Under the pieces are notes generated by a model, which saw only the letters and a list, made by a program, of their open reading frames with translations, had not been told where the DNA came from and searched no databases. 64,000 bases of DNA from Felis catus (taxonomy: Eukaryota). Of this stretch, positions 1 to 12,815 are shown one piece after another (positions within the stretch are counted from its first letter, which is position 1; every line of letters starts with the position of its first letter). The DNA is taken from positions 110,610,001-110,674,000 of the forward strand of contig NC_058373.1 of assembly GCF_018350175.1 (NCBI RefSeq). The letters run 5' to 3'. The position numbers and the translations under genes were made by a program.

Positions 1-429
1 CTGTTTTAGAACAGAGGGCATCTGCATTTTGCATTACCCTAGGATCAGGAAAAGAATTCCCAAAAGAGTGACTGGACATCAAAAAGGTTCTAAGCAAAGG
101 GAATCACATATATGAAAGCACGAAGGCCTTTGCTGTGGTAGGTCCTTTGGGATGAAGGGGAATCTTAAAGCTTAAATAGATTTAATGCTTAAAAAGGGAG
201 TTAAGCTTCTTAGAATGAACATAGTTTTTATGATACTTTTTTTATTGGTTTCATTTCATGGACTTTTAATTAGATAAGAGTGAACTTTTCAGGGTTTGGG
301 TTGGACTTAAACAAGAAAAATGGGGTTATAAGTGGAGAAATTGGAGACAATACAGTTTGAAAAGTCGGGTGGATCTGCCGGGCGGGGGAAGCCTGGCCAG
401 GACTTCCCATTGTTCTAGAACCGCCTCTC

Positions 430-1400
430 TTGCTGCTCATTCAGCAGCACTTAGTGAATACTTACTATGTTGCACAGAAACAAGCTAACGGCCTTGTCTT
501 CAGGTTGCTCCTCCTAATCTAGTGGGGAGACCTTCCCACAGACGCACAGATAACTGCGGTAGCCAGTTCTTATTTAGCATTTACTCTGTGACAGCCACTG
601 CCTTGTGATAACTCTAAACACTAGGAAGGATTATCATCCCTTCTCAGATGAGAGAATTGAGGTACACATTGCTTACGGACATGTTCAAGGTCACACACCT
701 AATAAGTGGCAGAGCCGGAATTTGGACCCAGGCGATCTGGTTAGTCTGTGCTTTTTAACACCTACTTTACGTTGCTGTTCTGATGATTAAAACATAGCGT
801 AATAAGTGCAAAATAAGGAGATGATGCAGAGTAATATCAAAACCTAAAATAGTGGGAGAGGGAGGTGTTACAGAAGGCTTTCTGGAGGAGGTGATACACT
901 GTTAGATATGTGGGAGGTTCAGGCAGAAGAACCAATCAATCAGCTTGAGTAAAAATGGAGGTAAGAAATGCATTCAAGAGGAGTGGGGGGACAAGCAGTG
1001 TTGTGCTGCTTGAGAATGGAGTTTGAAGCAAGAAGTAGCCAAACATAAGACTAGATGGGTGGGCATGGACGGCTCAGTATGCTTTGCTAAGGAGTTTTTA
1101 CTTTTTAGCCTGAGGATATGTGAAGGGAGGCATAGATGGTACGATTTGTGTTCTTTATGAATCATTTGTTGTAATAACTCAGGAGTGATGATGGAGACCT
1201 CAGGAGGGCAGGGAAGGTAGGGATGGAATAGAGGAGTAGATCTGAGAAACAGAAAATTGGTGAGACTCGACAGTTGACTGTTAAGGGTGGGAGAAGTCCC
1301 AGGTGACTGGCAAGTAGCCTGGGTGATTGGTGCATGGCAGTGCCTGCTGAGACAGAGAATACAAGGGGGAGGGGCAGATTTAGGTGGGTCCCCAAAGTCA
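430..1400. mobile_element. Ancient L2 and MIR fragments
   Basis: cattcagcagcacttagtgaatacttactatgt (L2 end), cagatgagagaattgagg..caaggtcacac (MIR core) and gaaggctttctggaggaggtga (L2). Confidence 0.5.
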
Positions 1401-1812
1401 CAGAGGTACAGATATAAGTTCTAAAAAATGAACCCCAAAATTACCAAGAATACCAATGCCACGTGCAAAAAAAGTGACTTCCTGGTAAAAGCTGCCTTTT
1501 GCTGAGAGGCCTGCTGTTCACACAGTGCCCTCTAGTGGTCGGAAGATGCCATGTTGCCTCTTTGAACAGATCAAAATGTAGAGATGGCCTGGAGTAAATA
1601 CTTTTCCTCTTCTACTTCTGGAGGGAGAGAGAAGTATTCCAGAAGCCACTATGTTCCCTTTGCTTTCTGTGTGGACAAATTTATTTCCTAGACCTAGGAA
1701 CAACTCACTTACTCAGAAGTTAGTTGGTTGGCTACCTCACTATCCAGTGCCCTGGCCAGAAACAAGAGTAATGGCAATTTGTTGCCTATGAGCGATCAAA
1801 ATAGATGAAACA

Positions 1813-1975
1813 TCAGGTCATGATCTCACGGTTCATGAGTTCAAACCCCACGTCGGGCTCTGTGCTGACAGCTCAGAGCCTGGAGCCTGCTTCGGATTCT
1901 GTGTCTCCCTCTCTCTGCCCCTCACCCACTTGCACTCTATTTCTCTCAAAAATAAATAAAAACATTAAAAAATAA
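1813..1975 (+). mobile_element. 5'-truncated Can-SINE
   Basis: tcaggtcatgatctc...CT tract...A tail, with TSD aaaatagatgaaaca. Confidence 0.88.
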
Positions 1976-2600
1976 AATAGATGAAACAAAGTGCAGGAAC
2001 TAAACCCTTATCTTACAGAACATTTCCCTTAGGTCCTCTCAGAAAATTAAATTATGTAGATTCAGTCTCAATGAGTTTTTGTCTAATTTCTTAACCCCTA
2101 ACGGGTTGCAATGGTGGGCAGCAGGAGATCAGCACCCGTTTTAGAAGTGATAGCTGTTGGCTTGACAAGCAAGACAGAATACTAACCAGCCAGCAAACCA
2201 CAACCTCCAAAAGCACAACAGTTTGAGGCCATTTTGTGTAGGTGCAAACAACCCTTGCCAGTTTGAACAGCTGTGTTTTAGCAAAACACAACTGATGCAG
2301 AGCATAGGGCAGAGAGGTAGTTGGTGTTGCACTCGGGGTTGCAGAACAGGAGGAAGAGCCCTGGACCAGGATTGAGGAGATGGGGACCTTTGCTGTCAGC
2401 CACTACAACTGGAGGTGATCTTGAGTATGTCTCTTAACCTCTTAGGGCCTCACTTTGCTTTCTCATGTGTAAAGCATCAGGTTGAACTTGATCGCTTTGT
2501 AAAATTCTATGAAGTATGTTCACAATGATGACATTAATATTTAAGAAAAATTGTATTGTGCTTGACTGAAAAGACAAGAAGAAATTGTCATCTCTGATTT

Positions 2601-2833
2601 ATTTAAAACAAATTTTTTTTAAGTTTATTTATTTTTGAGAGAGGCAGAGCATGAGTGGGGGAAGGACAGAGAGAGAGAGAGAGAGAGAGGGAGACACAGA
2701 ATCTGAAGCAGGCCCCAGCCCCGGAGCTGTCAGCACAGAGCCCAGTGTGGGGCTCGAACTCACGGACCATCAGATCATGACATGAGCCGAAGTCGGTCAC
2801 TTCACTTGATCGACTGAAGCCACGCAGGCGCCC
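2601..2833 (-). mobile_element. Can-SINE
   Basis: Reverse complement of the ggggcgcctg head, (AG)n tract and T tail. Confidence 0.88.
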
Positions 2834-3705
2834 CTGGTCTCTCATTTGTATGAGAATCCCGTAAGGAGTATGAGTATCCCTATTCTATAGATGAGAAAAG
2901 CAGGTTTAGAGAGGTAAAGATGTTTCCTCATAGCGAAATAAGTGGTGGAGTTCGTATCCAAACCTATTGGTGCCTGCTTCCTGGGCTCTTACTTAATACT
3001 TTCATTTGCCAAGCATGCATTAAGTACCAACTATGTGGGGGACGTGTGTGCTGGGCACAGGGAGCATGAGAGCCTTGAAGTCTCATCCTTAGCCTTTTGG
3101 GTTCAGTGTAGTATGCATTGTTGTATGATACCTCTGTTAGTGTAAATGATAAAAGGCATGCTCTGGCACTGTTGGGACTAATGTAAAGCTCCATTAGGGT
3201 TTTAAAAGACTTTAGGGTGTGAGCATAGAACTGACTCACCATTTATAGCATTGTTTCTATGGGAATATGTGTTTCAAGTTCCAAAGAACTAACTTAAAAA
3301 TAAAGTTTTGGAACATAACCCAATTATAATTTCAGAACTTCCTGTGCTAAGTACTGAATTTACAGTCTAATAGCCAGCCAGAATGCCTGTTCTAAAAAGT
3401 GAATAAAATTGTCTAAACTTGATCGTGTCTGTCATGTAAGTGCCTTGAAGTGAAACTTTTTACCTTTGCGAGCATCTACAAAACTGGTTCTGCCTGGAAA
3501 TTTCAAGAAAACCTAAAGAACTTCATTAAGTTTAAATTTAGAGATTGGACTCTATACCCTGGAAAATGGTATTCCAAGAAAGGATTTCACCAGGGTGACC
3601 TTATTTTTTACAGGTGGCAAAATCATCGAGGCCAAGAGTCACATTGCCTGTGTTCTCACCTCACCAGGTCCTCTGTGGCCTTACAGAAGTTACATAACGT
3701 TGCGT

Positions 3706-3708
<3 letters not shown>

Positions 3709-3738
<30 letters not shown>
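3709..3738. repeat. (CA)n microsatellite
   Basis: Directly visible. Confidence 0.95.
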
Positions 3739-3742
<4 letters not shown>

Positions 3743-4619
3743 TAGACTAGAGCCTGACCATCGATAGGAGCGCTTAGCAAGTGTTGGCTATTCCTATCGT
3801 TGTTGTGTTACACTTGTCATTCACTCTACCTTCAAAACCTCCATTTACCAGTTTGGTGAAGTGTACCTGTCTTCCGTCCCATTACATCTTCATGCTTTCG
3901 TGTGTGCTGCTCTGTATCCCTCTCCAATTATTTACATCCACCCTTGTGCAGATGCCTGCAATGCCTCTCATCTTATTCTCTATTTTTCTCTGTTCTACTC
4001 ACTCATCAGGTCCTCACTCAAAGCTTCCACCTTTCCTAACGCCCGCTGTTGTAGTACAATCATGCTTTTATTCCCCCCTCCAACTCTTGCTGAACTTTAT
4101 TCAGTTTGATTTAGTAATTATTCTCAAATTGTTTCTTGGTTTAAAATTTAACCCCTCATTTGTAATTAGTTCTATGTTGACCCTCCTTTTCCACCCTCTA
4201 CTTCGATGCTTTATGCAATGTTAGGAATGTCGTAGATGTTCAATACACTCTTGATACTCTGCTTTATTAACATGAGAGAGCCCTTTCATTTCATTTCAGG
4301 ATTTTTAAAAGGATAGTCTATAACCCTCAAAGTAAATCCCTATACACATATCCAATCATAGAAGACACGGAAATAGGTATGAGGAAATGAATGTATATAC
4401 CTAAATGACCTTTGAGATCCAGAGGTAATTGTTAGTAGTTGAGAGATGGGGGCACTGAATCGAGAGTCTGATGCTAGACTCTGCTGCAGATTCTCACTGA
4501 GGCAATGCACGCTGTCCCCGGGGAGGCCTCCGTGGCCTATGGCACACATTACAAAAAGATGATTTGCTTTACAGAAGGAGTCACTCCAAAATTATTGTAA
4601 GTGACTTTTTCAATCACTT

Positions 4620-4827
4620 TATTTTTTTAATTAGTTAATTTTGGGGGAGGCGGAGAGAGAGCAGGAGCAAGCAAGAGTTGGGGAGAGGCAGAGGGGGAGA
4701 GAATCTTACGCAGTCTCCACGCCCAGTGCGGAGCTCAATGTGGGACTCAGTCTCACAAGATTGAGATCGTGACCTGAGCCGAAACCAAGAGTTGGACCCT
4801 TAACTGACTGAGCCACCCAGGTGCCCC
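4620..4827 (-). mobile_element. Can-SINE
   Basis: Ends gactgagccacccaggtgcccc, with a T-rich tail at left. Confidence 0.85.
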
Positions 4828-5681
4828 TTCATTCAGTTTATATGCTTATTTATAGGTTCTTCAGTTATCACATGACTAAGGTGGAAGCAAAAGAAACTTT
4901 CGGCAAAACTTTTTTCCCAGTTTAAGAGATTGAGTGATGAAGGAAAAGTATTTCTGATACCTTCCTATGTCAGTGAGAAATTTACTGAAATAGCTTGCAC
5001 AGTATAATTTAGGGGACACGTCTACTGCGTAAGACCAGATGCACGTATACAGATAAAACAGCATTACAGATGGAGTTCAGATGTGGGTAGTCACTTGTGC
5101 AAGAGTGCCTGGCCAGTAAATCCTGTATGAGGGACTCATGCCCAGTCCTTGCTGAGTGTTCTTTGCAGAAGGGCACTTAGTGCCCTTTACAAGTGGTTCG
5201 TACCCGTTTGAGTGGTCGTATGTCCTTGTTCTGTAATCCTAATCCTAGTACCTACTTTACCACGGTTAACTGTCCCCTTGATGCACTGTTTAACAGTCAG
5301 AGATCTTTGCTGTTCTATGAAATAAGAATGTTGGGTCAGATTAGAAGTCTCTAAACTCTAAAAATCTGTGAATATCTAAATTCATATGCTTACTGTGCTT
5401 GGCGGCTGTTTTTGAATTTGAGATGAAACTTTCAAACTAAAAATTTTAAAATCCAGCGTAAAATGTGTCGCATCGCCTAACTTCTTTCTTTTCCTGGGGA
5501 ACTGCATGCACACAGATATCCATCTGGCCTTAGAACTCTTGACTTTGGATCACACTTGAAGTTGTGCTCTCAGTCCCAGCCCTTGACTTCTAGCTGTAAT
5601 AAATTTGTTTCACTAGTGATATAGCTAGTATATAATATAAGCAATCACAGATTCAGTTATAAAGACAAGAAGAGCTAAATG

Positions 5682-6351
5682 TTCTTGCACTGTTGATGGG
5701 AATGCAAATTGGTGCAGCCACTGTGGAAAACAGATGGAGGTTCCTCAAAATGTTAAAAACTGAACTACCCTATAATCCAGTAATCACATCACTGGATATT
5801 TACACACACAAAATAAAAACACTAATTCAAAATGATTCATGAACCCCCAAGTTTATAGCAGCATTATTGACAATAGCCAAGATATGAGGGCAGCCCAAGT
5901 ATCCATTGATTGATGAAAGGATGAAGGCGATGTGGTATATATACACAAAGGAATAGTATTCAGCCATAAAGAATGAAATCTTGCCATTTGCAATGACGTG
6001 GATGGAGCTAGAGAGTATAATGCTAAGCAAAATAAGTCAGAGAAAGACAAATACCATATGATTTTATTTATATGTGGCATTTAAGAAACAAAACAAGTAG
6101 GAAAAGGGCAGGGGGGAAGACACACACAAACCAAGAAACAGACTGTCAATTATAGAGAACAAACGTTACCAGAAGGGAGGTGGATGGGGGTAGTGATAGG
6201 TGGTGGGGATTAAGGAGTGCACTTGTGATGAGCACTGGGTGATGTATGGAATATTGAGTCACTACATTGTACACCTGAAACTAATATTACACTGTATGCT
6301 AACTATACTGGAATTAAAATTAAAACTTACAAAAATAAAATAAATAAAAAT
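5682..6351 (+). mobile_element. 5'-truncated LINE-1 (ORF2 C-terminus and 3'UTR)
   Basis: L1 motifs (gcagccactgtggaaaaca, ttgccatttgcaatgacgtggatggagcta), A-rich tail and imperfect TSD aagaa(g/c)agctaa. Confidence 0.85.
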
Positions 6352-6464
6352 AAGAACAGCTAAGATATAAGCAATCCTTTTATTTAAAACGTTTGCAAGC
6401 TTTACTATAATGTAAAGTTAACTAAGTTTTAGTAGCATTATTAATATCAAAAAAACTGAAAGGA

Positions 6465-6693
6465 GGGGCGCCTGGGTGGCGTAGTCGGTTGAGCGTCCGA
6501 CTTCAGCCAGGTCACGATCTCACGGTCCGTGAGTTCGAGCCCCGCGTCAGGCTCTGGGCTGATGGCTCGGAGCCTGGAGCCTGTTTCCGATTCTGTGTCT
6601 CCCTCTCTCTCTGCCCCTCCCCCGTTCATGCTCTGTCTCTCTCTGTCCCAAAAATAAATAAAAAACGTTGAAAAAAAATTATTAAAAAAAAAA
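6465..6693 (+). mobile_element. Young felid Can-SINE
   Basis: CpG-rich, intact A/B boxes, TSD aaaaaactgaaag. Confidence 0.92.
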
Positions 6694-6784
6694 ACTGAAA
6701 GAAAACTTATTTTGGAATTTGAATAAAATTGTTTTTAATTAATTAAATTTACTGTAAATGAATGTAAAAAAATATTTTCAAAAA

Positions 6785-6908
6785 GGGGGCGCCTGGGTGG
6801 CTCATTCATTTGAGGGTCTGACTCTTGGTTTTGGCTCAGGTCATGATCCCAGGGTCATGGGATTGAGTCTCGTGTTGGGCTCCATGCTGAGCATGGAGCC
6901 TGCTTGAG

Positions 6909-6960
<52 letters not shown>

Positions 6961-6984
6961 CCTCTCCCCTGCTCACTTTCTCTC

Positions 6985-7019
<35 letters not shown>

Positions 7020-7205
7020 GGGCACTTGGGTGGCTCAGTCGGTTAAGCATCCAGCTTTGGCTCAGGTCATGATTTGCAGTTTGTGAGTTCAAGCCCCACA
7101 TGAGGCTCTCTGCTGTCAGCCTGGACCTGCTTCAGGTCCTGTCTCCCTCTCTCTTTGTCCCTCCCCCACTCTCTCTCCCTCTCTCTCAAAAATGAATAAA
7201 CATAA
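6785..7205 (+). mobile_element. Two tandem Can-SINEs (about 6785-7017 and 7019-7205)
   Basis: Two heads (ggggcgcctgggtggctc and gggcacttgggtggctc), each with a CT tract and A tail. Confidence 0.88.
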
Positions 7206-7445
7206 GAAAAGATTAAAAGAATAAGTCAATGAGGTTTTAAATTTTTAATGCAAAAGTCTCACAAGAATTTAGATCCTTCACTCCAGATTCCATGTCCCAC
7301 CTCTCTTCTTTTTTTGTTTTTTGGGGGTTGTTTTGTTGGTGTTATTAAGCCTTCTCAAAGTTTTTCTGTGTAATAAGTGAGGTGTAATAAGAACAAAATT
7401 ATTGGTACTAATATGTGAAGGATTGTTATTAAAAGTTGCTCTACT

Positions 7446-7910
7446 GGGGCGCCTGGGTAGCTCAGTTGGTTGAGCGTTCGAGTTTGGCTCAGGTCATGAT
7501 CTCACAGTTCGTGGGTTCGAGCCCCCCGTTGGGCTCTGTGCTGACTGCTCAGAGACTGGAGCCTGCTTCGGATTCTGGGTCTCCTTCTGTCTCTGCCCCT
7601 CCCCCGCTCACGCTTTGTCTCACTCTTTCTCAAAAATAAATAAATGTAAAAAAAAAATTAAAAAAAAGTTACTCTACTTTTGGGGTGCCTGGGTGGCTCA
7701 GTTGGTTAAGCATCCGACTCTTCGTTTCGGCTCAGGTCATGATCTCATGGTTCGTGGGTTCAAGCCCTCCATCAGGCTCTGTGCTGACAGGGCAGAGCCT
7801 GCTCGGGATTCTCTCTCTCTCTCTCCCTCTCTCTCTACCCCTCCCCCCACTCATGCTGTCTCTGTCTCTGTCTCTCTCAAAATAAATAAATAAACTTAAA
7901 AATTTTTTTT
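7446..7910 (+). mobile_element. Two tandem Can-SINEs sharing one target site
   Basis: Heads at 7446 and 7682. The target aaagtt(g/a)ctctact occurs three times. Confidence 0.9.
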
Positions 7911-8499
7911 AAAGTTACTCTACTTTTTAAAGTTAGTTTTACTCAGAATGTGGATATTTGCATAATAATATTGATGAAACTACAATTCTAGGTCAGCCTA
8001 GAAACTGTAGTCTTAGCATGAATTTTGTTTGGCCTTGAGCTCTCTGAGGGGAAGGTAGGAATGCAGAGACCTGTGAAGACAGTGGGGTTCATACCCATGC
8101 CTTTCTGACCCAGAGTCCTGTGTTCTCTCCACAAGAGCATGATGCTCTCTTCCATAGAGAAGGTACTTTACTGAATACGTGTTGAAGTCACTAGTGTAGA
8201 AAAAGCCAAAATTCTCAACAATGTATCCCTGAGATTGCAGAATACCTGTGCTATTGCCGATTCTCAGTACTTTATATAGTGCCTGGCGCCCCAGAGCACT
8301 CAAGGGATATTCGTTGCATTGACAAATGTGCGTTCAAATGCTGTTGGTGCTCTTGTTCTAGTGTAGTGTTTATATTAACACGGATGCATTTTTACTAACT
8401 TCACTGAATCTGATTTTCTCTAGAGAGGTGCCTATCATATTGGTCTTGGATGTACTTGCAACAGTTTTGGTTGCTGGCCGTAAAACTGCTTTCCATTTA

Positions 8500-8719
8500 G
8501 GGGCGCCTGGGTGGCTCAGTCAGTTGAGCGTCCGACTTTGGCTCAGGTCATGATCTCACTGTTCTTGGGTTCGAGCCCCACGTCGGGCTCTGTGCTGCCA
8601 GCTCAGAGCTTGGAGCCTGCTTTGGATTCCATGTCTCCCTCTCTGACCCTCACCTGCTCATGGTCTGTCTCTCTCTCTCAAAAATAAATAAACATTTAAA
8701 AAAAATTAAAAAAAAAAAC
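8500..8719 (+). mobile_element. Can-SINE
   Basis: Full head, A tail and TSD ctgctttccatttag. Confidence 0.9.
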
Positions 8720-8766
8720 CCTGCTTTCCATTTAGGTTAGAAGAGGTCTTGGAACTTTTCAGCTCT

Positions 8767-8995
8767 TTTTTTTTTTTTTTTTTTAAGTTTATTTATTTAT
8801 TTATTTAGAGAAAAAGAGAGCACAAGCAGGGAAGGGGTGGCGGGGGGGCAGGGGGTGCAGAGAGAGAATCCTAAGTAGGCTCCTCGCTCTCAGGGCAGAG
8901 TCCAACGCCGAGCTCAACCCCATGAACCATCAGATCCTGACCTGGGCCGAAATCAAGAATCGGACGCTTAACCGACAGAGCCACCCAGGTGCCCC
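8767..8995 (-). mobile_element. Can-SINE
   Basis: PolyT at left, ends ccacccaggtgcccc. Confidence 0.88.
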
Positions 8996-9104
8996 TAATG
9001 TCTTTATGTCATTATATTAAGCACAGGATATGAAAAACCTGCACATCTTCGCAGATTAACTGCTGGCGTTCCTCCTACTAGACTACTGTTTGGAAGGAAA
9101 CCTT

Positions 9105-9330
9105 TTTATTTTTTATTTTATTTATTTTTTTAACGTTTATTTATTTTTGAGACAGAGACAGAGCATGAACAAGGGAGGGGCAGAGAGAGAGGGAGACACA
9201 GAATCTGAAACAGGCTCCAGGCTCTGAGCTGTCAGCACAGAGCCCAACGCGGGGCTCGAACTCACGGACCGTGAGATCATGACCTGAGCCGAAGTCGGAC
9301 ACTTAACCGACCAAGCCACCCAGGCCCCCC
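9105..9330 (-). mobile_element. Can-SINE flanked by a 109-bp direct duplication
   Basis: T tail at left, head at right. 8996-9104 is repeated at 9331-9439. Confidence 0.9.
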
Positions 9331-9923
9331 TAATGTCTTTATGTCATTATATTAAGCACAGGATATGAAAAACCTGCATGTCTTCACAGATTAACTGCTG
9401 GTGTTCCTCCTAGTAGACTACTGTTTGGAAGGAAACCTTAAGGTTAGCTGACTAGTCAAACTTAGCTCCTGCTGCTTAGAATATGCATCACCGCCACCAC
9501 CACTGCCGTGTTACTTCCATTAGTTATCACCCGTCAAGAACTTTACACATTGTTTCTATGAATCCTTGTATGTGATATGTTATTTGACGTATTATCCCCA
9601 CTTTGAAAGTTCGGGAAATTTGGGGCCAGTGAGGGTAAATAAGTTACCAAAGGCGGCGAAGCTAGATTGGAACTCAGCTCTCTCTGACGCAGAGCCTGTG
9701 TTCTTTTCCTTGTACCGTCCCGTCCCGTCCTCATCGACATTTCATCCCTCTTCCGTGCAGGGCATTCGTTATCATCCAGAAGAGTTTGTTTCATTTTTTA
9801 ACAACTCTTATTAGGAGAATTGTTTTGAGATAACATCTATCCTTCTGCCCCTTTCTCTTTATTATTCATTAAAGTTATCTATGAATCCTACAAAATGACT
9901 ATAGACCTAGAAATCTCATCCTA

Positions 9924-10907
9924 TGGTGCTGCCACTCTGGAAAACAGTATGGACTTTCCTCAAAAAAATTAAAAATAGAACTACCCTACGACCCAGCAAT
10001 TGCACCACTAGGTATTTATCCAAAGGATACAGGAGTGCTGATTCGAAGGGGCACATGCACCCCAATGTTTAGAGCAGCACTATTGACAATAGCCAAAGTA
10101 TGGAAAGAGCCCAAATGTCCATGGACTGATGAATGGATAAAGAAGATGTGGCATATATATATAATATATAATAAATATATATTGTGTATATATATATGTA
10201 TATATATATATATATGGTGTGTATGCACACACACACACAATGGAATACAACTTGGCAATCAAAAAGAAGGAAATCTTGTCATTTGCAACAATGTGGATGG
10301 AATTAGACTGTATTACGCTAAGTGGAATAAGTTAGTCAGAGAAGACAATTATATGATTTCATTCATATGGAGAATTTAAGAAACACAATAGATGAACATG
10401 GGGAACATGGGGAACACAGGGAAGCAAAAATAAGATAAATACATAGAGGGAGACAAGCCATAAAAGACCCTTAAATACACAGAACAAACTGAGGGTTGAT
10501 GGGGGTGTGGAATGTGGGTGATGGGCATTGAGGAGGGCACTTGTTGGGATGAGCATTGGTGTTGTATGTAGGTGATGAATCACTAAATTCTCTTCCTGAA
10601 ATCATTGTTGCACTATATGTAACTAACTTGGATTTAAATAAAAAAATAGAGAACAAACTGAAGGTTGGTGGAGGCGTGGTGGGTAGGGGGATGGGCTAAA
10701 TGGGCGATGAGCATTAAGGAGGGCACTTGTTGGGATGAGCACTGGGTGTTGAGTGTAAATAATGAATCACTAAATTCTACTCCTGAAACCAGTACTATGC
10801 TATATGTTAACTAGCTTGACTTTAAATTAAAAAATAAAAATAAATAAATAAGTCTAAGAAGCTGTGAGTTCAATAAAGTTAAAGCTTCTTTACAAAAAAA
10901 AAAAAAA
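9924..10907 (+). mobile_element. 5'-truncated carnivore LINE-1 with a second L1 3' end and an extra unique polyadenylated tail
   Basis: ORF2 C-terminal remnant (TCTPMF..AKVWKEPKCP), two L1 3'UTR ends in tandem, AATAAA 10872-10877, polyA 10894-10907 and TSD ctcatccta on both sides. Confidence 0.85.
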
Positions 10908-10936
10908 CTCATCCTACAAAAAATGGGCTTGGGGTC

Positions 10937-10939
<3 letters not shown>

Positions 10940-10983
<44 letters not shown>
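10940..10983. repeat. (GT)n microsatellite
   Basis: Directly visible. Confidence 0.95.
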
Positions 10984-10985
<2 letters not shown>

Positions 10986-11772
10986 CTCACCCTTTGAATA
11001 AGAGATTGTTGTTTGGATTTGTTTTATATAATTGTTATTGTTACATAATTTCATATCCTTTGTTTATTTACTTGACTTTCCATCCTGGAAACTTACTCAT
11101 TTTCTTCTACAGTCTTTGTTCATTAATTTAATTTTTAAAGGCCACACGACAGTGAATTTTAATTTTAGGTAGTAGATTTACCTGGGTTCACTTGCAACTC
11201 CCTTATTACCAGACATTTCAAATTATAAATAACATGTTGATGGATATCTTTGTGCATATATTGCTTTTTGTATTTAGGTACATACTAAGCATGCTTCCTC
11301 ATTGGTTATAGATACCTGACTTATGGAAGGTTGAAATATTGTGCCTATTGACATGCTTGATTTGGCTTACAAAAAGGTACAATGGTTACGATTTTAAGAA
11401 GGCGCTAGTCCTCATGATAAGCCACCGTCTTTTTACTAGACTCACTAGATGCATATCCCTGACTAAGCAACTCTGTGTCATTAGGCAGGAAGAACAGGAA
11501 GAAGGAGGAGGGATGGGTCTTTAGGTAGTGGGGAAAAAGGGTATGTGATCCAGATATGATCTGTGAAGAACAGATAAAAAGCAAGTGGAAATAAACTGTA
11601 GATACCTCTTAATTACCATTGCAAGGATTGAAGGGTTTGGGGACTGGAGAGTGAACATTTAATGTCTCTGAACAGCTTGTTAAATGTTCTTTTTATGCTC
11701 AGGTTGTATAGGAACTTGTTTTTAAGTAGAAGATAGTGAAGTTTACGTATACAGATTAAAAATTGAGGCTAT

Positions 11773-11962
11773 GGATTGAGCGTCCGACTCTTGATTTCGG
11801 CCCAGGTCATGATCTCACGGTCATGGGATTGAGCCCTCCTGTCAGGCTCTGCACTGAACTTGGAGCCTTCTTAAGTTTCTCTTTCTCTCCCTCTGCCCCG
11901 CTCCCCTGCTTGTGTGCACTCTCCCCCCCCCCCCCAACTCCCCGTCCCCATTAAAAAAAAAA
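11773..11962 (+). mobile_element. Can-SINE, slightly 5'-truncated
   Basis: TSD aaaattgaggcta. Confidence 0.85.
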
Positions 11963-12085
11963 TTGAGGCTAAAATTGGATCTTATTTTAGTTTTATAATA
12001 TAATGGATAGGGCTTCTAGTGCTTTTAATGTTTTCGTCTCCTTTACCCAAGGTCAACTCACTACATTAATAATATTTATAGTGGG

Positions 12086-12300
12086 GGGGCGCCTGGGTGG
12101 CTCAGTCAGTTGAGCATCCAACTTCGGCTCAGGTCATGATCTCGCTGTCCATGAGTTCAAGCCCCGCATCAAGCTCTGTGCTGACAGCTCAGAGCCTGGA
12201 GCCTGCCTCAGATTCTGTGTCTCCTCTTCTCTCTGCCCCTCTCCCACTCATGCTCTGTCTCTCTCTGTCTCTCAATAATAAATAAATATTAAAAAAAATT
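12086..12300 (+). mobile_element. Can-SINE
   Basis: ggggcgcctgggtggctcagtc head and A tail. Confidence 0.9.
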
Positions 12301-12711
12301 TTTTTTTAACCTACAAAAATAAATGGCCAATAAATGGCCAATTTTGTATCACCTATAGCCCCCGCACCCACCTCACTGGATTTTTTTCACGCATAGTTTA
12401 GGGTACATCACATCATCTATAAATATGTTAGCGTGTTTATCTAAAAGATAGGGACTCTTTTAACCAAAATACATTCAACACACTTAAATATAAGCAGTGA
12501 TTCCTTAATACCCGTTACCTAAGTTTTTAATACTCTGTAGTTTAGTTTATGAACTTTCAGTTTAAGTTGTTATTTTATTTACTTTCATTGTTTGTATCCG
12601 TCAGGTACTTTTAAACTTTTTCCTTTCAAATCTAGTAAATGTTATTCCCAACATAGTTTGAGGAAACCAAAGTGATGGTTTTTGTTTTTGATACCTTAGC
12701 TTGGGTTTCCT

Positions 12712-12770
12712 TTTTTAACAAAATATTTATTTTGAGAGAGACAGAGCACGAGCATGTGAGTGGGGAAGGG

Positions 12771-12815
<45 letters not shown>

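Noticed and set aside
3450..4224. 105-aa and 147-aa ORFs
   Set aside because: Non-ATG starts, include a (CA)n repeat or pyrimidine-rich sequence, and no domain similarity recognised.
6447..7893. Many similar 60-90 aa ORFs (…SAQVMIS…, …GSGHDL…) across the window, resembling a gene family
   Set aside because: They are translations of Can-SINE copies.
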